Positions 18,419-27,674 of a stretch of DNA of 63,180 bases are shown here, piece by piece. The position numbers and the translations under genes were made by a program. How positions within the stretch are numbered: position 1 is the stretch's first letter; each line of letters opens with the position of its first letter. Origin of the DNA: a virus (lineage: Duplodnaviria; Caudoviricetes); IMG/VR virus record IMGVR_UViG_3300025645_000071, positions 1 to 63,180 of that record. One strand, written 5' to 3'. Under the pieces are notes generated by a model. That model did not search any database. It saw nothing but the letters and a program-made list of their open reading frames with translations, and was not told the origin of the DNA.

Positions 18419-18426
18419 TATATTTG
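18419..18426 (+). promoter_or_regulatory. -7 promoter element of the capsid operon
   Basis: Intergenic TATATTTG. Confidence 0.6.
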
Positions 18427-18446
18427 CATATAAATAACTATTAATT

Positions 18447-18845
18447 ATGGCAACAACAACTGCAACATTAACACTTTCGAGCGCTGACCTAACTGGTGAC
18501 GCTCTATCGTTGTCTACAACGGCAACACTAACTAAAGCTGGTACAGTAACTGGATTAAACCAAACTACTGGTGTGGCTAGAAAAACTACATCTGCTACTT
18601 CTCAATATACATTGTTTGACGGAGACGCTTATGGAGATGGATCTCATAAGGTTTATATTAAGAATACAAGTGCGGTAGCTACAGAGTATGTAACTATAGA
18701 AATTAATTCTGAGCAAATGGGTAAACTATATGCTGGAGATTGGGCATTCTTTCCTTGGGAAGCTAATGCTGATACTAACGATATTAAACTTCAACCAAGC
18801 GTTGCTACAGCATTTACTGTAGAGTACGCTTTATTCTACGAATAA
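18447..18845 (+). CDS. Putative auxiliary capsid protein
   Basis: VYIKNT...LYAGDWAFFPW; paralogous to the next gene. Confidence 0.65.
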   Translation: MATTTATLTLSSADLTGDALSLSTTATLTKAGTVTGLNQTTGVARKTTSATSQYTLFDGDAYGDGSHKVYIKNTSAVATEYVTIEINSEQMGKLYAGDWAFFPWEANADTNDIKLQPSVATAFTVEYALFYE

Positions 18846-19258
18846 TGGCCACACTTAGAGTAACAGTAACATTAAACAGCGCTTCTGTTTTAGCTAGCCC
18901 CGTTAATGTGGCTGCAGAATTTTCTGCTGCTGCTGATTCTGGTATTCTAAGTAGAGCTAAAGTTGTAAAAACAGCCGTTGATGCAAACGCATTAGAGGTT
19001 TATACAGCAAACGATAAAACTGAATCTGCATACTTATTCTTAAAAAACTTAGATCTAGAAAAAGAAAACTATGTAACGGTATATAATGATACTGATTCTG
19101 ATGGTCATGTTTCTAAAATTGGTGGAGGTGAGTTTTGTTTTATTCCCGTTGCAGTGAATAAATCATACAGGGTATTTGGAACTAAAGTAGATCAGATGGT
19201 AGAATTCGGTGTATTTGGACTAGACAGTTCAGCTGCAGGACCTTTTAATCAAAACTAA
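18845..19258 (+). CDS. Putative auxiliary capsid protein (paralog)
   Basis: YLFLKNLD...IGGGEFCFIP. Confidence 0.65.
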   Translation: MATLRVTVTLNSASVLASPVNVAAEFSAAADSGILSRAKVVKTAVDANALEVYTANDKTESAYLFLKNLDLEKENYVTVYNDTDSDGHVSKIGGGEFCFIPVAVNKSYRVFGTKVDQMVEFGVFGLDSSAAGPFNQN

Positions 19259-19266
19259 ATAAAGAC

Positions 19267-19602
19267 ATGGCAACATTAGCAAATCAAGGAGTAGCTTCAC
19301 AAGCATCATTCGGACAATTAGGTAGTACTCATATTGATAGAACAGGAACGGATTACACATGCCCTAGCGGTATGGTGTTTGTTGCTGTTACTTGTCTTGA
19401 AGATACTACATTTACACAGCTAGAAGCTGAAGATAATACTAGGTATTTTGGAACTGACGGTACTGATCAAGATGTAGACGGTCCTGGTGATTATGTGACT
19501 ACAAGCACTGTTTTTCCAAAAGGATTAACTATTTATGGGAGATGGGATACTATCGACCTTGCGTCAGGAAAAGTAGTTGCTTACTACGGCCCATCAAAAT
19601 AA
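19267..19602 (+). CDS. Structural protein
   Basis: FGQLGS...FVAVTCLEDTTF...FPKGLTIYGRW...SGKVVAY. Confidence 0.65.
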   Translation: MATLANQGVASQASFGQLGSTHIDRTGTDYTCPSGMVFVAVTCLEDTTFTQLEAEDNTRYFGTDGTDQDVDGPGDYVTTSTVFPKGLTIYGRWDTIDLASGKVVAYYGPSK

Positions 19603-19622
19603 AAAACAACTAATTTAATATA

Positions 19623-20765
19623 ATGGAAGACAACAAAGAAAATGTCGGAGGGTTTGAGATATTTAGCTCACCCGAAGAACTTTCTGCATCAATGAATGCA
19701 GAACCACAACAAACAGAAACAGTAACTGAAGAGGCTCCACAACAGGAGTCTCAAGTAGTTTCTGAGCCTACTGAACAAGTAGCTAGCGAACCACAAGTGG
19801 AAACTGCTAGTGAACCGCAAGTAGAGCAACAACCTGAGGGCGATCAAGCTCCTCAAGTTAATCAAGAAGAATTGACTCAGCAACAACCTGCTGAAGTACA
19901 ATATAGTGATAATCAAATAGAGACTGCTGTTATGACTTACTTAAGCGAGAAGCTTGAGAGAGATGTAACTTCTTTAGATGATTTATTCACGCAACAAACC
20001 CCCGTTGATGAAAGGGTAGAAGCTATAGCTAAATTTGTATCGGAGACTGGAAGGCCTCCTTCAGATTGGTTTGCTTACCAGTCATTAAGCACATCTGAGA
20101 TGGATGATGCGACTTTGGTAAAAGTAGACATGGCGTTACAGTATCCTAATCTTTCTGCTAGCGAGGTAAACACTCTTATTCTGAATAAGTACAAGTTAGA
20201 TCCAAACAAGTACTCAGAAGACGAAGTAAAAGTTGGAGGCCTTCAAATGAAGGTTGACGCAGCTAACGCTAAAACTCAAATCGAGGAAAAACGCATGAGA
20301 TATGCGGCTCCTGAGGTTAAAGAAGAAGTTGCGGAACAAGAAAGCTTTGTTAACGACGAGTGGATTTCTCAAATGAAAAAAGAAGTTAATGATTTAACTG
20401 GATTGGAATTTGATTTAGGTAATGAAAAGACCTTTACCTTCGGATTGGATGACCGATACAAACAAGACCTTATGAATAAGAATACTCGTCTTGATGAGTA
20501 TTTTGACGCATATGTTCAAAACGATGGAAGTTGGGATTTCGACACATTAAACTCACACCGTGCTATCATTGATAATATCGATGCTATTGTATCGTCTACT
20601 TATAGGCAAGGCCTTAGTGACGGACAGAAGGGAGTAGTACAGAATGCGGCTAATGTTTCAGCTCAAGTTCCTCAACAAAGTTCGAAACCTAATGCTAATC
20701 CTTTACAGGAACAATTAAAAAGCATTATGGGGTCAACTTCAAGTAAAATGACTTTTAAAATATAA
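19623..20765 (+). CDS. Capsid scaffolding protein
   Basis: Acidic E/Q-rich N-terminus; lies directly before the major capsid gene. Confidence 0.7.
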   Translation: MEDNKENVGGFEIFSSPEELSASMNAEPQQTETVTEEAPQQESQVVSEPTEQVASEPQVETASEPQVEQQPEGDQAPQVNQEELTQQQPAEVQYSDNQIETAVMTYLSEKLERDVTSLDDLFTQQTPVDERVEAIAKFVSETGRPPSDWFAYQSLSTSEMDDATLVKVDMALQYPNLSASEVNTLILNKYKLDPNKYSEDEVKVGGLQMKVDAANAKTQIEEKRMRYAAPEVKEEVAEQESFVNDEWISQMKKEVNDLTGLEFDLGNEKTFTFGLDDRYKQDLMNKNTRLDEYFDAYVQNDGSWDFDTLNSHRAIIDNIDAIVSSTYRQGLSDGQKGVVQNAANVSAQVPQQSSKPNANPLQEQLKSIMGSTSSKMTFKI

Positions 20766-20778
20766 AAACTAAGAAAAT

Positions 20779-22209
20779 ATGGCTACAATTACTGGGGCAT
20801 CAATCGATCAGGCATCACCTGATTTACGATTAACGCCCGAAACATATACAACTATTAACCAGCTTTTAAAAGCTAACAAAGATTTTGTTATGCCTGAGCT
20901 TGTTCAATCATACGGTGATCAAGGTATCACTGGATTTTTACGACTAACTGGTGCTGTTAACAGCGGAGGAACTTCTGACCAAATTGATTGGTGGGAGGCA
21001 GGCCGTCGTCACAGAACTCTTTCTGGTGCTGTTTCAGCATCTGCTGCTGGATCAGCAGGAACTGCACCTGGTGTAGCTACTTTTACTGTAGATGACACTA
21101 ATGGTTCTGGTGACGGTACAGACAGTGCTCTTGGCTTGGTTCAAGCTAATGATGTGCTTATGAATGCTACTACTGGTATAAAGTACTTAGTAAACTCAGC
21201 TCCTGCAAGTGCTGACGCAGCTTTAAAGCTAGAGCGTTTAGACGGAGCGAATGCTTCTCCTGCAGACAACGCTTCTGGAATTACTATGATTCACCTTGGA
21301 AACATCTATGCTCAAGGTACAGATCAACCAACTCACTTCACAGATGCTGACATCAAGAAGTATAGCAATCCATTCCAAATTGTAAAAGATCGTTACCAAG
21401 TAAATGGATCTCAAGCAACTAACATTGGATGGGTTAATCTTGGAAACGGAGAATACCGCTGGTTCATGTACGGTGAGCAAGAGGCTCGTAAGCGCTTTGA
21501 GGATCGTCGTGAAATGATGATGCTCTTTGGTGAGAAAAACGCAGCTACAGCAAGTGATGATGGCGATAACGACCTAGGTAAAGCACTTGCTGGTTCTGAA
21601 GGTTACTTCTCAGCTATCGAAGATAGAGGTATTAACGTCTCTAACGCTAACGCTAACCCTATGGACAGTTTGTCTGAGTTTGATGATCTTATCATCCAGC
21701 TTGATAAGCAAGGCGCTCCTGCTGAGTACGCTATGTACTTAAACAGAAAGCAAGACCTAGCTATCGATGACATGCTTGCTTCGGGTATTGCTACTGCAAC
21801 TACTGCTGGTCTACCTGGACAGTTTGGTGCGTTTAACAACGATGCTGAAATGGCTGTTAAACTTGGATTTAAGTCGTTCACTCGTGGTGGATACACTTTC
21901 CACAAGCATGACTGGAAGCTACTTAACGATCCTACTCTTCTAGGTGCGTCTAACTACATTCAAGGAGCTATGGTGCCTCTTGCTAATGTTGCTGATGCTC
22001 GTTCTGGAATGAAGGCTCCTTCTTTATCTCTTTACTACAAAGAGGCTAACGGTTACAGCCGTGAGATGGAGCACTGGGTAACTGGTGGCGGAGTAATGGG
22101 ACATAACAACAATGGTGATGCTGGAAATGACTCTATGACTTTCCACTACCGTTCAGAGACTGCTCTTTGCGTTCGTGCTGCTAACCAACACGTCCTTATT
22201 AAAGGATAA
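20779..22209 (+). CDS. Major capsid protein
   Basis: YGDQGITGFL, IVKDRYQVNGS, EMMMLFGE, LGFKSFTRGGYTFHKHDWKLLN; followed by a UUCG hairpin. Confidence 0.88.
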   Translation: MATITGASIDQASPDLRLTPETYTTINQLLKANKDFVMPELVQSYGDQGITGFLRLTGAVNSGGTSDQIDWWEAGRRHRTLSGAVSASAAGSAGTAPGVATFTVDDTNGSGDGTDSALGLVQANDVLMNATTGIKYLVNSAPASADAALKLERLDGANASPADNASGITMIHLGNIYAQGTDQPTHFTDADIKKYSNPFQIVKDRYQVNGSQATNIGWVNLGNGEYRWFMYGEQEARKRFEDRREMMMLFGEKNAATASDDGDNDLGKALAGSEGYFSAIEDRGINVSNANANPMDSLSEFDDLIIQLDKQGAPAEYAMYLNRKQDLAIDDMLASGIATATTAGLPGQFGAFNNDAEMAVKLGFKSFTRGGYTFHKHDWKLLNDPTLLGASNYIQGAMVPLANVADARSGMKAPSLSLYYKEANGYSREMEHWVTGGGVMGHNNNGDAGNDSMTFHYRSETALCVRAANQHVLIKG

Positions 22210-22224
22210 TATTAACTAAGGGAT

Positions 22225-22250
22225 AAGAGTTGGGCTTCGGCCCTTCTCTT
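22225..22250 (+). terminator. UUCG hairpin/terminator after the capsid gene
   Basis: AAGAG-TT-GGGC-TTCG-GCCC-TT-CTCTT. Confidence 0.65.
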
Positions 22251-22272
22251 TGATCTTTTAAATCTTTTAATT

Positions 22273-22779
22273 ATGGCTACATATAAATATCCGAAAGGGA
22301 CAGTAAATATTGTAAAAACAGTTGAGGTTGACGAAGCCTTTGTTACTAACAGTTACGTTGAAGCAACAATGGTTCAACCAGCTAACACAATAATTCAAGA
22401 GATTAAGCTTGTTGTTACTGAAGGACCTACTATTACTATAAACGCCGCATCAGATCTGGGGTATAAAGTTGGTACAGACACATCTACGGCGATTGCTGAC
22501 GGTGCCGATGATATAGTTGAAGATGCTGATGGCATTATTGACGCTGCAGATGCAACGGATTCTCTTCCAACTGGTTTCGTACAAAGCATCTTTGCTTCTT
22601 CAACTGCTACCGCTGGCGGAACAGCTGTTCCTGCTAAAGCTGCATCTCAAACAGCTAATGTTGGTTACACGGCAACTGAAAGAACATTATACATGAACAC
22701 TCTAGCAACTTCAGCTGCGGCTATTACTACTGGGAATGGTGGTAAAGTTCGTTGGGTTGTTGTGTTTGCTTTTGCTTAA
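22273..22779 (+). CDS. Putative head decoration protein
   Basis: QPANTII..I; Ala/Thr-rich; follows the capsid gene. Confidence 0.6.
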   Translation: MATYKYPKGTVNIVKTVEVDEAFVTNSYVEATMVQPANTIIQEIKLVVTEGPTITINAASDLGYKVGTDTSTAIADGADDIVEDADGIIDAADATDSLPTGFVQSIFASSTATAGGTAVPAKAASQTANVGYTATERTLYMNTLATSAAAITTGNGGKVRWVVVFAFA

Positions 22780-22797
22780 TTCTTAAACTAACACGTG

Positions 22798-22821
22798 AAA
22801 GGAGGCTTCGGCCTCGCTTTT
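22798..22821 (+). terminator. UUCG terminator
   Basis: GAGGC-TTCG-GCCTC-GCTTTT. Confidence 0.65.
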
Positions 22822-22863
22822 GCATTAATATATGATTTTATTAACTATATAAACTTTTAAAAA

Positions 22864-23685
22864 ATGGCTGCAAAATTTTTATACTTCGATCCAGATTCTA
22901 ACAACGCTTTAACTATGCCAGTAGAGAAGCTTTTATCTATGGATCAAACTGGCAACACAACTATCGTACTAACGTTTGAAGACAAAGACGCAACTGTAGG
23001 CTCTACAACTATTGCTACTCTAACTGTTGATGCAGGCACTGAAAAAGCTGTTATGCAGTCTATTTCAGAAGCTATAGCTTTCAGTAAAGATCAGTTTGTC
23101 GTTGTTGCTGACGCTGTTAATAGCGATTACATTAACGCTTCTATTACTGGAGTGGCTGTAGATGCTGACGTAACTTCTTCTAGCGGTCTTATGAGTGCTG
23201 GATCAGGTGCTGATGGTGGTGAAACTTACAAAAGCTCTGTTAAAAGAGTTGGGGATATAATTGAAACAACAATTATTTTTGATCTTGATGACTTGGCTTC
23301 TACTGCTGCTGACGGAAATATTGTCGGTGAAGGAACAACTGCTAGGGCGTACATAGCTTATTTAACTTCCGCAATTAATGGTAGTATTTTTCACTCATGT
23401 GAAGTTACATGCGTTGAAGCTATTGCAGGTGGTGAGCCTGACTTACATTTAGTTGGAGGTGCAACTAGCACTGACGCAGCTGGAGGGGCGGTTACATCTG
23501 GAGACTTATTAGCTGACTTTAATGGAGATATTACTCTTGGAGCTCAAACTAGAACGGGGATAAACTCTGCTGTAGTTCCAACTATAGCTAAACCTTATCT
23601 ATTCTTAAGAAACGGTCATGGAACTTCTGATGCCGCTACATATACTTCAGGAAAACTTATGGTTAAAATTATAGGTTCGGTTTAA
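22864..23685 (+). CDS. Structural (head fibre/decoration) protein
   Basis: N-terminal domain resembles 23766; IETTIIFDL...YLFL...ATYTSGKL. Confidence 0.6.
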   Translation: MAAKFLYFDPDSNNALTMPVEKLLSMDQTGNTTIVLTFEDKDATVGSTTIATLTVDAGTEKAVMQSISEAIAFSKDQFVVVADAVNSDYINASITGVAVDADVTSSSGLMSAGSGADGGETYKSSVKRVGDIIETTIIFDLDDLASTAADGNIVGEGTTARAYIAYLTSAINGSIFHSCEVTCVEAIAGGEPDLHLVGGATSTDAAGGAVTSGDLLADFNGDITLGAQTRTGINSAVVPTIAKPYLFLRNGHGTSDAATYTSGKLMVKIIGSV

Positions 23686-23703
23686 TCGAATAACATTAAA
23701 AAG

Positions 23704-23728
23704 AAAAGCTCCTTCGGGGGCTTTTTTT
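23704..23728 (+). terminator. Rho-independent terminator
   Basis: AAAAGCTCC-TTCG-GGGGCTTTTTTT. Confidence 0.85.
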
Positions 23729-23736
23729 ATTTGTCG

Positions 23737-23744
23737 TATATTTG
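23737..23744 (+). promoter_or_regulatory. -7 promoter element
   Basis: TATATTTG immediately after the terminator. Confidence 0.6.
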
Positions 23745-23765
23745 TACGTAAATTTAATCTTCTAA

Positions 23766-25052
23766 ATGAAATTTTTTCTGTTTAATATATCCGAAGTATC
23801 CTTAGGTAGCGAAAGAGCTTCTGACTCTGGTATAGGGATAAGTAATATTAGTATTCCAGCAGACAAGTTATGCAATATAACATCTTCTAAAGGCTTCATT
23901 AATATAACCTTTGATGATGCTGGCATATATGAAGAATCTTTTTTAAATATAGGGGAAGCTAGAGAGAAAGTTAATATATCCGTAGCTTCTAAAGAAGGAG
24001 AGGAGTCTGATTTAATAACACAGATATTAGAATTTATAACATCTGAAAAAGGAGAGCGAGTGTTAAAGTTTGACGCTATTGCTCAATCCTCATCAGTTAG
24101 ATCGTCTAGTATAAACTCATCATCTGATCTTCGTGTAAAAGTTTCTACTGTACCTGTAAGTATGAATACAGGGAATATGTCGGTTGGAACTGAAAAACAA
24201 AAATTTCAAAACACAATAGCTGGTATAAACTTTAGGGGAAACCTACCATCTCTTGATTTTAATCACGAAGGATTAACTCAGTTTGCTGATGGAGCTGAGG
24301 TAACGTCATGGTATAACGCTGGAACAGGTGGTAATACTTACAGTATAGCTAGTAATGTAAATGATCCACTATGTGAAACTTCTGCTGCTTCAAGTGGTAT
24401 AAATCAAAAGTCAGTTTCTCTTCAGTTTGGAGATTCTTTTGTAATACCAAATGATTTTACTGTTAGAGGAGATTACACTATGTATTGCGTATTAGGCGTT
24501 TCAGTTAGATCTATGGTACTGTATGGAGATTCAGCGGGAGAAACAATGGGATTTGGCGGAGGGTTAGTAAGTGGGGCTATTGCAGATGCAAATGATGTAA
24601 GCCCTAAGGCTCAATCTTTTACCGTAAGGCATAGTGGTATGACAGGCGCTGCTGCTAGCGTACAAACAGACAACACAAATGACTCAACTGTAAGTTATAA
24701 GTGGCCAGATTACTATGAAAGCGAGCAAGATGTTTCTAAAATGGATGTAGATATATGGATCATTAGAAGAGACAAAGAAGATAATATGTATTTACATAAT
24801 AGAGATGGAGATATTATAGGATTTATAGCAGCAAAATCCTTAAAAACAGACGATACTTTATTACCATCATCTTCAGGAAGAACAGATGGTGATTTATTAA
24901 TACAAGAGTTAGGAACAAGTGGTGGTGTTGAAACTGCTTCATTTGTTTACTTTAGAGGTTTTATATCAAGATTTGGAGTTATTCCTAACGATATAGGATC
25001 TTCAAAAGCTGCAACCTTAGCTCAAGACTTATTTGAATTTTATAACCCTTAA
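23766..25052 (+). CDS. Structural protein with LamG-like C-terminal domain
   Basis: DGAEVTSWYN...DYTMYCV...FRGFISRFGV. Confidence 0.6.
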   Translation: MKFFLFNISEVSLGSERASDSGIGISNISIPADKLCNITSSKGFINITFDDAGIYEESFLNIGEAREKVNISVASKEGEESDLITQILEFITSEKGERVLKFDAIAQSSSVRSSSINSSSDLRVKVSTVPVSMNTGNMSVGTEKQKFQNTIAGINFRGNLPSLDFNHEGLTQFADGAEVTSWYNAGTGGNTYSIASNVNDPLCETSAASSGINQKSVSLQFGDSFVIPNDFTVRGDYTMYCVLGVSVRSMVLYGDSAGETMGFGGGLVSGAIADANDVSPKAQSFTVRHSGMTGAAASVQTDNTNDSTVSYKWPDYYESEQDVSKMDVDIWIIRRDKEDNMYLHNRDGDIIGFIAAKSLKTDDTLLPSSSGRTDGDLLIQELGTSGGVETASFVYFRGFISRFGVIPNDIGSSKAATLAQDLFEFYNP

Positions 25053-25064
25053 TTTATTTTAATA

Positions 25065-25913
25065 ATGCAAACAAAAGAAAAAAGGTCTACTGGACGACCT
25101 AAAATCCAAAACGAAGCAGTGGCTAAAGCCTCTGTAATGGAAGCCCCTATAAAGGCTTCTACTAAGAAGAAAAGATCTATTAAACGTAAAGAGACAGTAT
25201 CTACCGTTTCAGAATATGAAATCATAAAAGGCGGAGGAATAGTATTTATGTTACCACAAAAAGGCGTAACTATTTACGATAAAGAAAATGACACAGTAAG
25301 AGAGATTAGGTATTGCCCTAATGAGCCTTCTATTTTTGTAGATGAACAGTCTGAAAACGCCTTAAGAGAGTCTGTTATTTTTAATAATAGCCGATTGTTT
25401 ATTCCAAAAGAAAAACCTAATTTAAAGAAATTTTTAGAATTACACCCAAGTAACACATTAAATGGAGGTTCTTTATTTAAAGTCGTTAACAAAACAAAAG
25501 ACGCTTCAGAAGAGCTAGAAAAAGAATTTTTAGTTTCTGACGCAATATCTATTGTTCGAGATAGAGATATTAACGATCTTCTTGCTATTGCAATGTATTA
25601 TGGTATTAACATTAATGCAGACACTACTGAAATTAGATACAATCTTCTAAGAATTGCAAAGTCTAAACCAAAAGATTTTTTACAGTCTTTAGACTCTCCA
25701 GAAGTAACGTGTAGATCATCTGTAAAGCAAGCTGGCGATTATCAAATTATAGCATTAAAATCAAATGGTGTTTATTGGTTTGACTCTAACGCTTTAATTA
25801 TATCTGTTCCAGTAGGTCAAGATCCTGTTGATACAATGGTAAGGTTTTGCCTTACGGAAAAAGGAGCTTCTACCTTCTCTCTTATTGAAGAGAAATTAGA
25901 TAAGCTTTCTTAA
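25065..25913 (+). CDS. Conserved protein upstream of the tail ring genes
   Basis: REIRYCPNEPSIFVDEQ...LKKFLELHP. Confidence 0.75.
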   Translation: MQTKEKRSTGRPKIQNEAVAKASVMEAPIKASTKKKRSIKRKETVSTVSEYEIIKGGGIVFMLPQKGVTIYDKENDTVREIRYCPNEPSIFVDEQSENALRESVIFNNSRLFIPKEKPNLKKFLELHPSNTLNGGSLFKVVNKTKDASEELEKEFLVSDAISIVRDRDINDLLAIAMYYGININADTTEIRYNLLRIAKSKPKDFLQSLDSPEVTCRSSVKQAGDYQIIALKSNGVYWFDSNALIISVPVGQDPVDTMVRFCLTEKGASTFSLIEEKLDKLS

Positions 25914-25931
25914 AAATAAAATTATATATAG

Positions 25932-25959
25932 AAAGGCCGCCTAAAATGGCGGCTTTTTT
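25932..25959 (+). terminator. Rho-independent terminator
   Basis: GCCGCC-TAAAAT-GGCGGC-TTTTTT. Confidence 0.85.
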
Positions 25960-25965
25960 ATTTCG

Positions 25966-25973
25966 TATATTTG
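25966..25973 (+). promoter_or_regulatory. -7 promoter element (possibly leaderless mRNA)
   Basis: TATATTTG lies 4 nt before ATG 25978. Confidence 0.6.
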
Positions 25974-25977
25974 TCGT

Positions 25978-26775
25978 ATGGTAAACGTAATTGATGTATA
26001 TAATGCTGTAAGAGATCTTTGTAATAAAGATCAAAGAGGGTTTGTCACCCCAGAAGTATTTAGTACGTTTGCTGGTATAGCGCAGCAAAATGTATTTAAC
26101 GAGATGTTTCAAGAACTTCTTGTTGCTAATAAATCTAGGAAAGCAGGTATTGACCCAGCTCGTGACAAGTCTATGTATAAGATGATAGAGGAGGATTTAG
26201 CCTACTTTATTACAAACATGGATCTTAGTGATGCAGCGGCACAGCCTGATGATTGGATAACTGATCCAGATAGTGCGGATTATGTAGGTGAGTATGTAGA
26301 TCCAGCAGACGAAGGGGCAAGCACATTTAGTAAGCCTTTAGATTTAGCTAGAATTATAAGTATTAGATCTACAGAAGGTAGTACTAATTTAGATTTAGTG
26401 TATAACTCAGAAACTGCTGAAAGAATACTAACAAGCAATTTATCTGCTCCTACTCTTGCATTCCCTGTAGCTATTATATCTAATGTGATAGAAGTGTTTC
26501 CATTTGAACTTAATGCTATAAGGCTTAAGTATTATAGGCAGCCAAAATCTATTAATGCATATGATTATTCTGTTGACATAACTTCTACGCCAGTATATAT
26601 AGAAATGTCAATGGGTGGTGCCATAACAGTACCAGATATGCTTAACTCTAGACACTTTGAGTTGCCAGACCACTATAAAAATGAATTAATCGTTGAGATA
26701 GCCAAAATGATTGGTATAAGATTAAGAGATAGTTATCTATCTAGTTTTGCTATTTCAGAAGAAAAAGCTGAATAA
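25978..26775 (+). CDS. Tail tubular/ring (adaptor) protein
   Basis: NKDQRGFVTPEVF..AQ, YYRQP, FELP...IGI. Confidence 0.72.
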   Translation: MVNVIDVYNAVRDLCNKDQRGFVTPEVFSTFAGIAQQNVFNEMFQELLVANKSRKAGIDPARDKSMYKMIEEDLAYFITNMDLSDAAAQPDDWITDPDSADYVGEYVDPADEGASTFSKPLDLARIISIRSTEGSTNLDLVYNSETAERILTSNLSAPTLAFPVAIISNVIEVFPFELNAIRLKYYRQPKSINAYDYSVDITSTPVYIEMSMGGAITVPDMLNSRHFELPDHYKNELIVEIAKMIGIRLRDSYLSSFAISEEKAE

Positions 26776-27674
26776 TGCCGTATGTAGACGTATCAAATAG
26801 AGGGATGAACTACATCACTTTGCGCCAAATAATAAATGATTACATTATTACAATGGACGGTGATGATTTTGCAAGCAATGCATCTGATGCAGCTATAAGA
26901 AATATTGCACTAAGAGGTATTCGTGAGTTTGGGTTTGATGTAACTTCTAGAGTAAAATCTATTAAAAGAACTATAGCAGCAAACAATACTATTGCTTTGC
27001 CAGACGACTATATTGATATAGTAAAGCTAGGCTCTGTAGGTAGCGATGGTATTATTAGGGTTTTTAATCAAAACAAACATATTAATTATTCTCAAAGGAT
27101 TCTTCAAGATACTAGCGGGGACGTTGTTAACGACCCTCAATCGACTGTAGGAGATACTGTTTTAACAGGCGATAGCGAACAAGGACCTTTAAATTTAGAT
27201 AACAATCTAATCCTTAATAAAGAGGATGATAAAGGGGCTACTTCATCTTCTAGTGCTGATAGCGGAAATTTAGATCATTACATATTTGAAAATTATCTAT
27301 CCGAAGGTAGTTTAGGAAGGTTGTATGGTGCTGGCGGGGCTTATGCTCCTGGAGCATACAGAATAAACTTAGACCAAAACAGAATTGAGTTAGATACTAG
27401 TTCAGATACTACAGACATTGTTTTAGAATATATATCTGACGAGGCTAGATCTACAAACCCTGTAATACATGTCTATGCAGAAGAAGCCTTAAGGTGTTAC
27501 TTGTATTATAAACTTTGCGAAAGGAAGTCTACTATACCTGCTAATGAAAAGACAAGAGCTAGGGCTGAGTATTACAATGAAAGACGTAAGGCTAAAGCAA
27601 GACTTTCTAACTTTAGTAAAGAAGAGGCATTTAAGACTATTCGTAAAAACTTTAAGCAAGCACCTAAGTATTAA
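26775..27674 (+). CDS. Tail ring protein 2
   Basis: RGIREFGFD, LPDDYIDIVK, IVLEYISD, AEEALRCY. Confidence 0.72.
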   Translation: MPYVDVSNRGMNYITLRQIINDYIITMDGDDFASNASDAAIRNIALRGIREFGFDVTSRVKSIKRTIAANNTIALPDDYIDIVKLGSVGSDGIIRVFNQNKHINYSQRILQDTSGDVVNDPQSTVGDTVLTGDSEQGPLNLDNNLILNKEDDKGATSSSSADSGNLDHYIFENYLSEGSLGRLYGAGGAYAPGAYRINLDQNRIELDTSSDTTDIVLEYISDEARSTNPVIHVYAEEALRCYLYYKLCERKSTIPANEKTRARAEYYNERRKAKARLSNFSKEEAFKTIRKNFKQAPKY

